Origin: Octopus vulgaris
Taxonomy: Eukaryota
Reading direction: 5' to 3'
Assembly (NCBI GenBank): GCA_951406725.2
Contig: OX597831.1
Coordinates: 434,001-498,000 of the forward strand
DNA: 64,000 nucleotides
The stretch's first letter is position 1. Every line of letters starts with the position of its first letter. The notes under the pieces were generated by a model. That model was given only the letters and a program-made list of their open reading frames with translations. It searched no databases and was not told the DNA's origin. The position numbers and the translations under genes are program-made. This document shows, piece after piece, positions 1 through 12,056 of the stretch.

Positions 1-48
1 TCTGGCCAAAGACAATCCGCCTTAACAAATTCTGCCTAACTCACAGAT

Positions 49-49
<1 letters not shown>

Positions 50-82
<33 letters not shown>

Positions 83-330
83 GTTTAACGTCCGCTTTCC
101 ATGCTAGCATGGATTGGACGGTTCAACTGGGGTCTGGGAAGCCCGAAGGCTGCACCAGGACAGTCAGATCTGGCAGTGTTTCTACAGCTGGATGCTCTTC
201 CTAACGCTAACCACTCTGTGTGTGTAGTGGGTGCTTTTTATGTGCCACCGACACAGGTGCCAGACGAGGCTGGCGAACGGCCACGCTCGGATGGTGTTTG
301 TTATGTGCCCACAGCACGGAGGCCAGTCGA
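50..330 (-). mobile_element. RTE-tailed non-autonomous retroelement (family C)
   Basis: (ATC)n tail and CCATGCTAGCATGG. Closely similar to the copies at 6811, 56898 and 59585. Confidence 0.85.
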
Positions 331-664
331 TAAGTGGATGCTAAACAATGATAAATATGTAAACAGTATTAAAATTGAAATAAAATACTTGGTTACTAAT
401 ATAATTTTTTGACTGTTGTTTTAGGTGTTTATGAATGAATAAGTTCAAATGAAAACTTCTGACTAGTTACTTTAGCTACCCTCTGCAGATGGCAAAAATC
501 TCTTATCAAATTTTCTCTATCTTTAGGCCTTTAGCATTCTGATTATTCAATTTATTCACATTGTTTTTGCATTGACCATGTAGCTTCATGATTATGATGA
601 TTGGTTGTTTATTTTTAAAATGACATGGTTGGATAGGTGTGACAGGTGGATGTAGCCAGTTTAA

Positions 665-885
665 CCCTTTAGTGTTTACACTGGCCAAATCCGGCCCAAT
701 ATATTCTACATGTTTTATATTCAAACTGGCGATGTCTAGCCTCTCACACCTAACCTACAATGCCATTCTAAAAATAAGTAATCACATCATTGAAACCTCA
801 AAGCTGTAAGATAATCCAGGATTAATTCAAAACAATTTGAGTGAAAAAGTATTACATTTAACAGAGTAATCTGAACACTAAAGGG
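665..885. mobile_element. piggyBac-like MITE (family M1)
   Basis: TTAA-CCCTTTAGTGTT ... AACACTAAAGGG-TTAA, non-coding. Confidence 0.85.
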
Positions 886-1874
886 TTAAATATAAAGTAG
901 GTAGAATATTTGGGCTGGATATGATTGGGTTTAAATGCTAAAGGATTAAATCATATCAATAATAGCATCACATATGGCTTGAGCACTGGACTACACGTTC
1001 ATAATATGTAAGTTCTTTTATCCTGTTGCTGATACTCAGTAGAAACATCATGACCTCGTAAACAATGACAACACTATAAAACTGACAAATGATTCATTAG
1101 CTTTTAAGGCAGTTTAAGTCCAACTCCTTCTGAGGGACTTAGATGGGATCGAAATTTTGGTTCTGGTTATGGGCCCTTATAAGATTGATGGTGTTCACAT
1201 ACCCACTCTTTGTCAAACCTTTCCGTGTCCATACATTCACCGTTAAGTAGACATTACCCACAACTTGCCATTCTTTGTTAAACCTTCCTTCTGATGCACA
1301 TCCGTTCTAGGTTGATATTTCCTATGGCTGTTGACTTTTCCCTTAATCCTTTAGCATTCATGTTACTCTGTCAGACGCAATGCTTATTTATTTACATTGT
1401 TTTCAATTAAGCATTCATTATCCAGTAACTTAGAAATTTCACTGACGTGACTTTACTTTTAGGATGACATTGTAAGGTAGGTGCGAGAGGTTGGGTCTGG
1501 TTGGTTTAAATGCTAAACAGTTAAACCACAAGCTGTCAATCTCAGAAAAGCAATGTTCTTCAATCCAACAAGTGAAGACAGCTAAAATGGTGGCTGAATA
1601 ATTCCCAGATTGGCTACATTTATACCATAGTTGTATTTAAGCTGAGCTGAATGAAGATGGGGTGAGGGTCATTTTATCAACGATGATGGAATTAAGTTCC
1701 TACATAATTTTATTGATAGGTTAACATGTAAACATGAGCAATGTTGGAAAAAACTGGATTTATACAATAATATTCTATCTATACTGGTTTCCCCTGCACT
1801 ACAAGACATACACATATGTAATTACAGAATGTGCTGATGAGTAGGAGTGATAATAGGTAAACATAGATAATATA

Positions 1875-3074
1875 CAGGAGTTGGACAAAATAATGGAAAC
1901 ACCTAGCATCATAGCATCATAATTTTCAAATATTTATAAAACCATCAAAAGCTTTATTTTAATTTTTTGATTCATTATTAGTGTTGCTTATTATGTTTTG
2001 CTAAAACTGCTGTTTCTTTTCAGATATCATCAGAAAAAGGTAATTAAAATTCATTAAAATGACAGATCTATCGAACTTTCCAAAAGGTCAAATTGTTGGT
2101 GTTCGTATGGCAAGCGCTAGTGTAATGAAAACAGCTGAAATGTTTGGTGTATCAAGAAGTACTGTCTTGAAAGTAATGACAACCTTTGAGAAAGAGGGAA
2201 AAACCTCCTCGTTGAAACAAAACTGGAAGAAAACCAAAACTTTCAGACAGGGACCGCCAGACTCCTACACGAATTGTTAGAAAGGATCACAAAAGTCCAG
2301 CTCCCAAAATTACTGCACCTCAAGAACCCAGCTTCCACAAAAACTGTTTCAAGGGAGGGCTGCAATCAGAAAACCACTACTTTCAAAAACAAACATTACA
2401 AAGCGTTTAGAGTGGAGTAAAATCCTACAGAATTAGTTCCAGAGCAGTGGAAGAATGTTATTTTCTTGCACGAGTAATCCTTTACCTTATTTCCGACCAC
2501 CGGCCGAATATACATGTGAAGACAGCCAAACGAAGCATTTGACCCAGACTGCCTTCTTCCAACTGTTAAACATGGAGGAGGCTATATCTTGGAAATCCGC
2601 AGGCCCAATGGTTTCCCTTCATTGCAGAATTAATAGTCAAGACTATTTAAGGATTTTATCTGATCGACTTCATCCTATGGTTGCGGAAGTGTTTCTGGAG
2701 GGAAACGCAATCTTTTAGGATGATAATGCACCAATTCACACAGCTAAAGTTGTTACTGAATGGCACGAGGAACATTCCAGTGAAGTTGAACATCTTATCT
2801 CGCTACCAGAGTCCCCAGATCTCAATATTATTGAACAATTATGGTGCATTTTAGAAAAACAAATAAGGAGTCAATATCTTCCACCATCATCACTACAAGA
2901 ACTGGAGACTGTTTTAGCTGAAGAATGGACAAAAATTCCCTTGGAAACAATTCAAACTTTGTACGAGTCCATACCTCATAGAATTCAAGCTGTAAATACT
3001 ACCAAAGGCAGTCCTAACCCATTTTAAAATAAATTTGTTTGAAACTTTAAGGTGTTTCCATTATTTTGTTCAAC
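1875..3074 (+). mobile_element. Tc1/mariner DNA transposon, about 1.2 kb, defective
   Basis: TA then left TIR CAGGAGTTGGACAAAATAATGGAAACACCT (1875-1904). Right TIR AGGTGTTTCCATTATTTTGTTCAAC (3050-3074) lacks the last ~5 nt. Transposase remnants inside. Confidence 0.93.
2059..3027 (+). pseudogene. Tc1-like transposase pseudogene (DD36E spacing)
   Basis: N-terminal HTH-like segment MTDLSNFPKGQIVG...AEMFGVSRSTV. Catalytic region IF*DDNAPIH...SPDLNIIEQLW and C-terminus LYESIPHRIQAV. Frameshifts and a TAG at 2716-2718. Confidence 0.9.
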
Positions 3075-3214
3075 AGAAGACCACAAAAGGAAGAGAAAGA
3101 CAAACAGTTCAGGAAGCAGAAGGGAACCATCAACAGGATTCAAAATTAGCTTGTCAAGTGCTTACTACCATCCTACAGCCCCCACCTCTCTCTCTCTGCA
3201 TGTATGTATATATA

Positions 3215-4152
3215 TATTTTTCACCGGGATTCAGTCCTCAACCCTCTTGCTTATTATTGTCCTCTAGGATTGAAGTTTTCTGGATCACTAAGAAGGGTAC
3301 TAGAAGGAATTGAGATGTCACACTGAAAAGAAGATTATGAAGAATTATAATGACACACTCGCTCTTACACTATGTTGATGACCTACTTCTTATAAGAGAA
3401 TCTGTAGGAGATTCAGATATGGAGTCAGAACCTGGATGTAAAAGCTCTCAAAGCAAACTTAATAAAAACTAAAGTTTGAATAAGTAGGACAAGATACAAA
3501 ACAAAGCTGGCATCAGAGAAATGGCTTGCAATATGCAGAAAAGGAGTTGGCAAAAATTCTACATGGTGTGCTCAATATAAACAATGAACATACAGGTAGG
3601 CTAACAGAGAAAACTAGAATTTGTGAGTGGCTTGTACCCAGAGGCAATATGTACTGACGGGAAATAAATCCTCCCAAATGCCTGGAAAGTCCCCACAACA
3701 AAGCACTTGACAGTATTAGCTATCTGCATGATAGTAACTTGTAGTCGGGGTATTCTGAAAGCATAGTAGCCAGAGTTAAGAATGAGTTGGAAAAAGTTTA
3801 GTGTTATTATTTCTGCCGGCAATAATGGGTTTCTCTAACAAAGTGAAGGACAGATTGTCTGATGCTAATTTACAAATAGCATGCTTACCAGATGTGTAAT
3901 GTTAATGTGAATGACAGAGGGAAAGAAAGTTGAATATAAGAGGAAACAGATGTAGTATGTTGAGAGAGGAGACTGTGTTGGACATGAGATGTGTAGAGAA
4001 AAGCTACTGTATAAAGAAATGTTGCAGACTTGCCTCAAAATGTTGCATGAATGAAAGAGATGAGAAGGACTATAACAACTGGTGACATACTATGCAGGAG
4101 AAAGCAAGACAACCCATACAAGCATGAAGAAATGTGCAATAAAATAATGATG
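3215..4152 (+). mobile_element. Decayed RTE-clade LINE (RT region to 3' tail)
   Basis: Degenerate HQGSVLSPLLFIIVL-like segment near 3222-3265 and YVDDL at 3371-3385. The 3' tail ACCCATACAAGCATG...ATAATGATG is shared with local SINE tails. Boundaries approximate. Confidence 0.7.
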
Positions 4153-4168
4153 GAGGCTGGGCTCTCTT

Positions 4169-4538
4169 TCTCTTTTATTTGTTTCAGTCATTTGACTGCA
4201 GCCATGCTGGAGCACCACCTTTAATCGAGCAACTCGACCCCAGGACTTATTCTATCGGTCTCTTTTGCCGAACCGCTAAGTGACGGGGACATAAACACAC
4301 CAGCATCAGTTGTCAAGCAATGCTAGGGGGACAAACACAGACACACACATATATATATATATATATACATATATACGACGGGCTTCTTTCAGTTTCTGTC
4401 TACCAAATCCACTCACAAGGCTTTGGTCGGCCCGAGGCTATAGTAGAAGACACTTGCCCAAGATACCACGCAGTGGGACCGAACCCGGAACCATGTGGTT
4501 GGTAAGCAAGCTACTTACCACACAGCCACTACTGCGCC
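4169..4538 (-). mobile_element. tRNA-derived SINE (family A)
   Basis: Head with A-box-like TGGCTGTGTGGT and B-box-like GGTTCGGTCCC, internal TA/TG microsatellite, and 3' end GACTGAAACAAATAAAAGAG. Confidence 0.88.
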
Positions 4539-6810
4539 TATATTATATCTGTCTACTTTTTGCTAATCTTGTACCTGCTTAGTCCCCATCAACTGTCTCT
4601 CTTGCCTATATGGTACCCTCTTGCTTATAGCCCCCACACCTGTTTGCTGCACTATGCCATCTGTACACTGAGAGAATATTTTAGCTCTGGTCACTTACAA
4701 ATCTGCTTCACCCCTTTGTAACATCAACTCTTGTTGATATCTCACTATTGGTATACTGATTATCCACCACTTGTGCTCCTCACCACCAGCTAATATCACC
4801 CTCCATACGTCTTGTAACTTACTCTCCCTTCATTTCCTCAGGCCATTCATTTTTGATAACACCAAACCACCACATTCTTTTATTTCTAACCATTTACACA
4901 ACTATTCATCCCCCCCACCCTGCTTTTACGGTCTCTCTCTCTCCTCCATACAGTTACTCCAGTCACTGGGTACCTCTTTCATAGTCAGCTCCCCTTTTCT
5001 GGCTCACCTTAGTTCATCTATTGTCTTCTTTTTTCACCCAAACTATTGATCACACTATCCAGAAAAAGACTAAACAGTGAGAACCCTTTTGTCTCATAGG
5101 ATACAATGCTATCTCAGGAGCATTAGTACAGTGACAAAATTCATTGAAGAAGCTCCATCAAGGACATGACAATCTTTCTAATGAGGTGCTATGATAAAAT
5201 GCACCTACTATACTTTGTCGCCAGTGTTAAGGACATCCAGCCATAGGATGCCAAAATAGAACATACTCTAACTCAAAGCCTCTTTATTCACTCCTCCACC
5301 AAATCTTGGACTATATCACTTCTCATTTTGTGAATAATCTATGCCACTTCACCAACTTCAGAAGTTATTATCCTCAGTGATTTCAATGTTTATAGTGGTC
5401 TGGTGGGTTCTGCATGGACGTTCCCTAATGATTGATAACCTCTAAATCTCTAAATGCTATCCTGGAGTTGTACTTCATTGTGGAAACAGAAAGGAAGTCA
5501 ATCAAACTGGTGGGGATGTGGAGCAGAAGACCCAGTTATTACTTATGTAAGAGTAAGAACTAATTGAGAACATCCTGTCACAAGATTGGGGTGAGAGTGG
5601 GAATGCAGTGGTGGAGGGAACAACAACAACAGCAAGAATCTGAGGTGAAGACTGTGGTTGCTGCAGAGACTGAAGAAAGGTAGGAAATTGCAAAGAACAG
5701 TATAAGAAGAGGGGGATGGAGAAGTCCAGAATAAAAAAAGAAAAGAAAAGAAAAAGCTGAAAGTCCTTCAAGAAGAGGTATTCACCATTCTGAGTGCAGG
5801 CATGAAAGCTAAAAGAGGACAAGCCACACGTTGTAATGAAGGAAGTGACAGGGTTTCAATACCAGAAGTACCCAAATAATAAATAGCTGGTTGGTGAAGA
5901 TCACATCAATAGTCCATTTACAGCCAAGAACAAGAGTGCTTAAGGATAATTCCAAATGATCCAGTTTGCAGAAGGTGGTTTACCCTTGTTTATTTTTCCA
6001 TACAAATGTTTACACCTGTGTCAATACATGGTGCTAGGTTTTTGCCTCAATCCTATGTATCATATGTATGTGTTCATTCCCTCATTTTGTAACCTCTTTG
6101 TATTGAATGCATCAGTATTAATGGCTAATGGAAGACTACTACTACTGCTACTACTACTACTACTAATGGGTGGCAACTTGGCAGAATTGTTAGGGCAGTG
6201 GAAAATGCACTTTATGGTGTTTGTTCTGGCATTTTACGTTGAGTTCAAATCTTGTTGAGGTTAACCTTTCCTGACAGTTTTGACCAATGCTCTTTCCTCA
6301 GAATTGCTGGCTTTGTATCTAAATCCTTACTAATAAGGTTGAAAGCTGGTAGCCTTGTTTGCTTAGCATGTCAAACAAAATGCCCAGCAGCATTTCCTCT
6401 ACTTCTATGTTCTGAGTTCACATTCCACTAAGATTAACTTTGCCTTTTCATGTTTCTGAGGTTGACAAAATATGTACCAGTTGAGCAGTGGAGTTGATGT
6501 ATCAACTCCCATCTCTTTGCTGGCTTTGTGCCAAAATTAGAAAGACTACTACTACTACTACTACTGCTACTGCTGCTAATACTACAGGCAGTGGCCTGGC
6601 AAAATCGTTAGCACAGAGAGGAATGCAAAGAGCCATTTCTTCTGGATTCAAATTCCACCAGAGTTAACTTTGGCTTTTATCCATTGAGGGTAGATAGAAT
6701 GAGTACCAGTCGAGCATTAGATCGATATAATTGATCAGCTGCCCCCACCAATTTCAAGCCTTGTCCCTTTCTTGGAAAGAAATATTATTAATATCATTAG
6801 TATTAATAAA

Positions 6811-7138
6811 CAGTACCTGTGTCGGTGGCACATAAAAAACACCATCCAAGCGTGGCCGTCTGCCAGCCTCGTCTGGCACCTGTGTCAGTGGCACATAAAA
6901 AACACCATCCGAGCGTGGCCGTCTGCCAGCCTTGTCTGGCACCTGTGTCGGTGGCACATAAAATCACCCACTACACACTCGGAGTGGTTGGCGTTAGGAA
7001 GGGCATCCAGCTGTAGAAACACTGCCAGATCTGACTGGCCTGGTGCAGCCTTCGGGCTCCCCAGACCCCAGTTGAACCGTCCAACCCATGCTAGCATGGA
7101 AAGCGGACGTTAAACGATGATGATGATGATGATGATGA
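6811..7138 (+). mobile_element. Family C retroelement with about 2.4 internal 63-bp tandem units
   Basis: Units start at 6875 and 6938. Body GGAGTGGTTGGCGTTAGGAAGGGCATCCAGCTGTAGAAAC. Tail ACCCATGCTAGCATGGAAAGCGGACGTTAAAC(GAT)n. Confidence 0.88.
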
Positions 7139-7689
7139 ATAACCACAACTGAACAACCAGCTGATACGTTACTTATCTAAAAAAATCTCCCCTTCTTAGA
7201 GGAGGTAAACACTGCAGATGTTTATACTTTACATGTTCTCAGAACATTTGATGTGTTGTTTATTTGTAAACTTTTCCTTTGCAATTTTAACTAGACATCT
7301 TACTTCACACAGAGATATCGTGTGACAGTAGCCTTGCTCACAATCACCACAAGCCACAGCTTCTTGACATCCCCTTTCTTGAGACTGTTTCAAGGCTGAA
7401 CCAGCTGGCAGTCTCCACGTTTCCATATACATCACAAAACTTAAATGGACAAAGCCATTTTTGAAAAAAAATTGCCTTATTTGTTTTTCTACTTGCCTCA
7501 ATGCAGTAAATCAATATCCAGTACTGTCTGCAGCTGTGAACTCAAAAGGGTTAACCCATTGATTCTGTTATTTACATGTCCTAAGACAAAATGTAGGAGA
7601 AAGTAAGTTTCCTTTCCATCCAGCACCCAACTAAACCCCACGATTTTATAATCCACTAACTCCTAAATGTTTTACCAAAAAACTGGTGT

Positions 7690-7875
7690 CTCTTTTACTC
7701 GTTTCAGTCATTTGACTGGAGCACCGCCTTTATAGTCAAGTAAATCGACCCCAGAGCTTATGCTTTGTAAGCCTAGTACTTATTCTATCGGCCTCTTTTG
7801 CTGAACCGCTTAAGTCATGGGGACATAAACACACCAGCATCGGTTATCAAGTGATGCTGGGGGGGGGGACAAACA

Positions 7876-7957
<82 letters not shown>

Positions 7958-8118
7958 TATGACGAGCTTCTTTCAGTTTCTGTCTATCAAATCCACTCAC
8001 AAGGCTTTGGTTGGCCCGAGGCTATAGTAGAAGACATTTGCCCAAGGTGCCATGCAGTGGGACTGAACCCGGGACCATGTGGTTGGCAAGCAAGCTACTT
8101 ACCACACAGCCGCTCCTG
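7690..8118 (-). mobile_element. tRNA-derived SINE (family A) with expanded internal (TA)n
   Basis: Same sequence family as 4169-4538. (TA)n at about 7880-7947. Confidence 0.88.
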
Positions 8119-9310
8119 TCATTTCCAAAAGAGATAAACATTAAGGCTATACATTTGAGTAGTAAAATAAGACTAAGTGTTTCACTTTATACAATGTTAT
8201 TGAAATTTACTTAACATACACAAACTCTACCTACCAACTCAAATGCTAAATCAGACAGCTAAGCCAAGTCAGCAAGAGAACCACTATACAATCTGATAGA
8301 AACAGCCTCAAATCTCCCTCAAATGAAACACTACAATCTTAACCTTTTCGTTATCATATTTCTGCTGAAATAAACTTTGTTTCAATTAATTTATTTTTAA
8401 ATAATGAAGAATTTAGAAAAATTACTTTTGTCATTACCAAGCTGGTGTTTGGAACACAAATGAAACATGAAATTTTGATGGAAAATTTTAATTACTTTGA
8501 AATAGGAAGTTTGTATCACAGAAGTAACGGCAGCATCTAATGGGTTGGTATAAAAAGGCAAGACATATTGGACAGTGAGGCTCCTAATATACAGAAGATA
8601 AGATTGTCAGATTGAATATGTTTGATCATATGTCTATTTAAAGAAGACTGACCTGGAGCTAAACAACAACAAAAATCTGGTTTCATAAAGGACTTGTATC
8701 TTTGTATTTCCTATCAATAAAAACTATCATTATCACTTGACACCACATGATAATTACAGCTACTAAATAAAACAACCTTCTCTACACATGCCATCTCCCC
8801 ATTGCTTTTTGTAGTTACTTCAGAGATCTTTGTTGGCCTTATGCCACTTCCAGTCTGCAGCCCACCTACTAAATACTCCGCCTAATTCTCCCTCCTCAGA
8901 ATGTTGGCCCTTTGGAGTTGCCTTTCTGGACATGTTTTGCCTACAGCTGTCAACTTACATCACAGCTCAAAATGAAAGTTAATAGTGTCAATCTCATTGG
9001 TCTCAGAAGGCCTACAAATGTCATGGACGTATACAGCTCCTTCTTTCAGAAACATAAGCAAACATCCAACATATATTACAGATAGTCATTCACTATTACA
9101 ACAATGAAACAAAGTTCCCTGGTTAGATCCTTCTCACTAATTCTCTGACCTTCTTTAATCAAACTAATTAATCTGAAATATTTAACTGAGTATACTGACC
9201 TTAAAAATGTTAACATCTCAAAATCATATTTAATATAGCTAATCAATGAAAACAACACCCTAATACCCAAATGTGACCTCTTTACTACTCAGCACATGCT
9301 ACACGCCTCA

Positions 9311-9550
9311 ATCATCATCATTGTTCGACCGTGGTCGAGAAAATGGAATTTACCATGCTACGCCAGACTTCACGGTCCATCATAGCATTACGGAGGTCCT
9401 GTTGCTGGATGCCTGTATCCCTGGAGATTACATCAGGGTAGGAGAGTGTGTGCCCTCTGGTGTTGCGAGTAGATGGCTTCCAGAGGAGAAGAGTAGAAAT
9501 TGCCTCATTTTCAGCTCTACAACAATGTCCAGCAAACTGGACTCTCCTAC
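9311..9550 (-). mobile_element. 5'-truncated non-LTR retrotransposon (RTE-like) 3' end
   Basis: Uninterrupted frame RRVQFAGHCCRAENEAISTLLLWKP...DLRNAMMDREVWRSMV...EQ* (9548-9318), then a (TGA)n tail. CCTCAA on both sides is a possible TSD. Confidence 0.8.
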
Positions 9551-11959
9551 CTCAAACATGTTGACAAAAGCAAAGATGTTGGCTCTGACATGTGAATCAT
9601 CTGACTAAACTACCGGCCTAGAAACAGGATCCATCCAACACTAACTACCTACATCAGAAATATTCGGACATTGATGACTAACTCAGTGTCACCTCTAACT
9701 ACTTAGTATTTGCACCAACAAGTTCAAATACTATAGTTCTCTCTTAATCATTCCAGTGCTTTAAAAAAATTGAAGGACACACCAGATAATATAGTTCTAG
9801 GATACAGCATGTCTGAAAAAAAAAATCCCACAAAAACAAAAACAAACACGTTTTACCATAAGTTTACCCAGCCAGGGCTGATCTGGGCCAAAGTCACAAC
9901 AATATGCACTTTGCACTATTGTTCGTAAACATAATATAAACACCCACTTGTCAGGATTACATACAATCTTTAATCCTTTTGATACCACACTTGGTTCTAC
10001 AACATGAACCCCCTGTTTAAAAATGATCATAATTCAAACTTTCCATCAAAATTCGATGCTAATTCATGTTCCAGTCACCAGCTTAATAATGCCAAAGTTA
10101 TTACAATAAATTCTTTATTATTTTCCAGATAAATTAATTGGAACAAAGACTGTGTATTTCATCAAAAATATGGTAACAAGGATTAAACAACTGTTTTGAA
10201 ATGCTCTGTATCAATATCATCACATGCTTCCTTTTGCAGCCTGATATGGTATGGATGTGGATGAAATAATTAGTGTTGGGAAAAAATGTCCAGCAGTATT
10301 GGTTTACATTCTAAGTTTAAATACTGACGCAGTTGATTTTGTTTTTTTATCTACCTGGGGTTGATACAATAAGTAGTCAACACAAAGTGTGAGTTTAAGC
10401 CACTTTACTCCTCCTCGTGATCAGGTGAAACCATAACCATTTTAAGACTAATCTGTACAATAGAGATGACTGAGTGAGTGAGATTTGGTGTTCCTTGCAT
10501 TCTAATAGAAACAAACAGCCCTTACTTTTAAGAACAGAGATAGTTGTATAAAGGCATATTAGACAGAAAGTAGCTTAGAATGAAGGTGCTGGGAATATGG
10601 GGGAATCAGAGCACAAGGAAAAGTGGCTGATAACTAATATGAAGAAATTATCATCACCATAACATGTGGGTTGAACAGATCTGAAACATGGTATAATACT
10701 AGCATTTCTAATTCAATGTTATTGCATCTGCCAAACACTGGCTCTATAGGAAATTACCTCAGAACCATACATGGGTCTTCCTCTGCCACAGGTTAGGAAG
10801 GTTCAGTGAAAGGTTAATCATGAAATCCCTTATGTAAACACAGTGGCCTTCCTGCTTCAACAACAACAGCAGCAGTAGCTACTGTAACCACCAACACAAC
10901 AAAGGTGCCTATTCAAAATATATTCCACCTTAAACATACTCAATACAAGTACATTCTGTAATCCTCCTGTTACAGCTAATCTAATAATACTAAAAACATG
11001 GCACAATTCTTATCCTTTCTTTAATAACTGCACTTTGAAAAATCCCTTGTTATTCCCTTTTTGCCCAAAACTACTGGTTTGCAATAAACAGTTGAAACTA
11101 AGTACCAAACATATTTAACCTCAAGCAATTATTATAGATTCTTAATTAAGAACTGAAAAGCTAGGACCACTGCCTCTCTTCATTAGAATTACAAAGAAGG
11201 GAAATAACTTTGGAGACAAAATACATTGAATGTTTTACACTGAAAACAACCATTTTCGCAAGATATCAAAAGAATCAGTGTCTCCAAAAAATACAAATGA
11301 ATCTGATTACACACAGAAATGCTTATATATATACTTAACACATTGTCACTATATTTCTGATAACGAGGTTGTTTGTGTGTTTCAGTTCATTTCCAGTATA
11401 ATAAGGACTTGGGAAAAGTGAAAAAAATATCCGTAACTTTACATACTATGAGTATATATTGCGCGAGTGTTGAGCAACCAAAATCTTGTGATTTTCATTC
11501 AGGTTGTGATTGGTTTTAAGTATAAACATTTTACTATGTCATTTTAATTTTCTTGCAAAATGTATAACCACCAAAATACTATAATCCATATGAAGTTGTT
11601 AATACAGAAAATACATATTTGCACTAGTTTTAAGTTTGAATTGCAAAGGTGCATTACCACAGTCTATTCAGCTGTAAATGAGGACCAGCCAGATACTGAT
11701 GCAGCTCTCTCTTTCCCCCATGCTGACACATCTTCAATGTTCTGCTAGGTCAAGAACGAGTGCCATGACTGTGTCTGTATTGCTTTGCAACTACATAGGT
11801 ACGTAAACAATTAGCAAAAGAGCTGTACAAATTATCAGGTCACACTCATTTGTGAGTGACAGCTAAGCTTCCCACCACCTTCACTTAGTTGCCTGATGGC
11901 CTTCAAAAAAATAACATGAACATCACACACATAGACACATGATTGCAGCAATGATTTAC

Positions 11960-12056
11960 CTGTTGTTGGCTCGGGGGTACATTGGCTGAGAGATGTCCTG
12001 TCTGTTGTACTCCATGGTGACTATGATGTGGTGTGTGATGGTTACTCGGGTTCACC
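11960..12056 (-). CDS. SIN3A: SIN3A-like coding exon, 97 nt (VNPSNHHTPHHSHHGVQQTGHLSANVPPSQQQ)
   Basis: Acceptor ttctcttttctttgtacacag and donor CAG|GTAAAT. The first G completes the CC|G Pro codon. His/Pro/Gln-rich and ending in QQQ, like the SIN3A segment before PAH1. Confidence 0.8.

Noticed and set aside
101-412. Recurrent ORF MLAW(I/V)GRFNWGL... (also 6885-7097 and 59622-59909)
   Set aside because: It is the antisense translation of repeat family C. Recurrence reflects repeat copies, not a protein family.
5280-5950. LINE endonuclease remnant (EVIILSDFNV near 5361-5390)
   Set aside because: A single short motif in heavily decayed sequence. Boundaries and family cannot be supported.
6811-6965. 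63-bp repeats as a CRISPR array or HDV-like ribozyme
   Set aside because: The units are contiguous with no unique spacers and no cas genes. The CCUCGU loop resembles HDV L3, but I could not build P1, P1.1 or P2.
1-11959. SIN3A PAH1 exon (FQRLKVEDALSYL)
   Set aside because: Not found by manual reading of the minus strand. It presumably lies outside the window, though I could have missed it.
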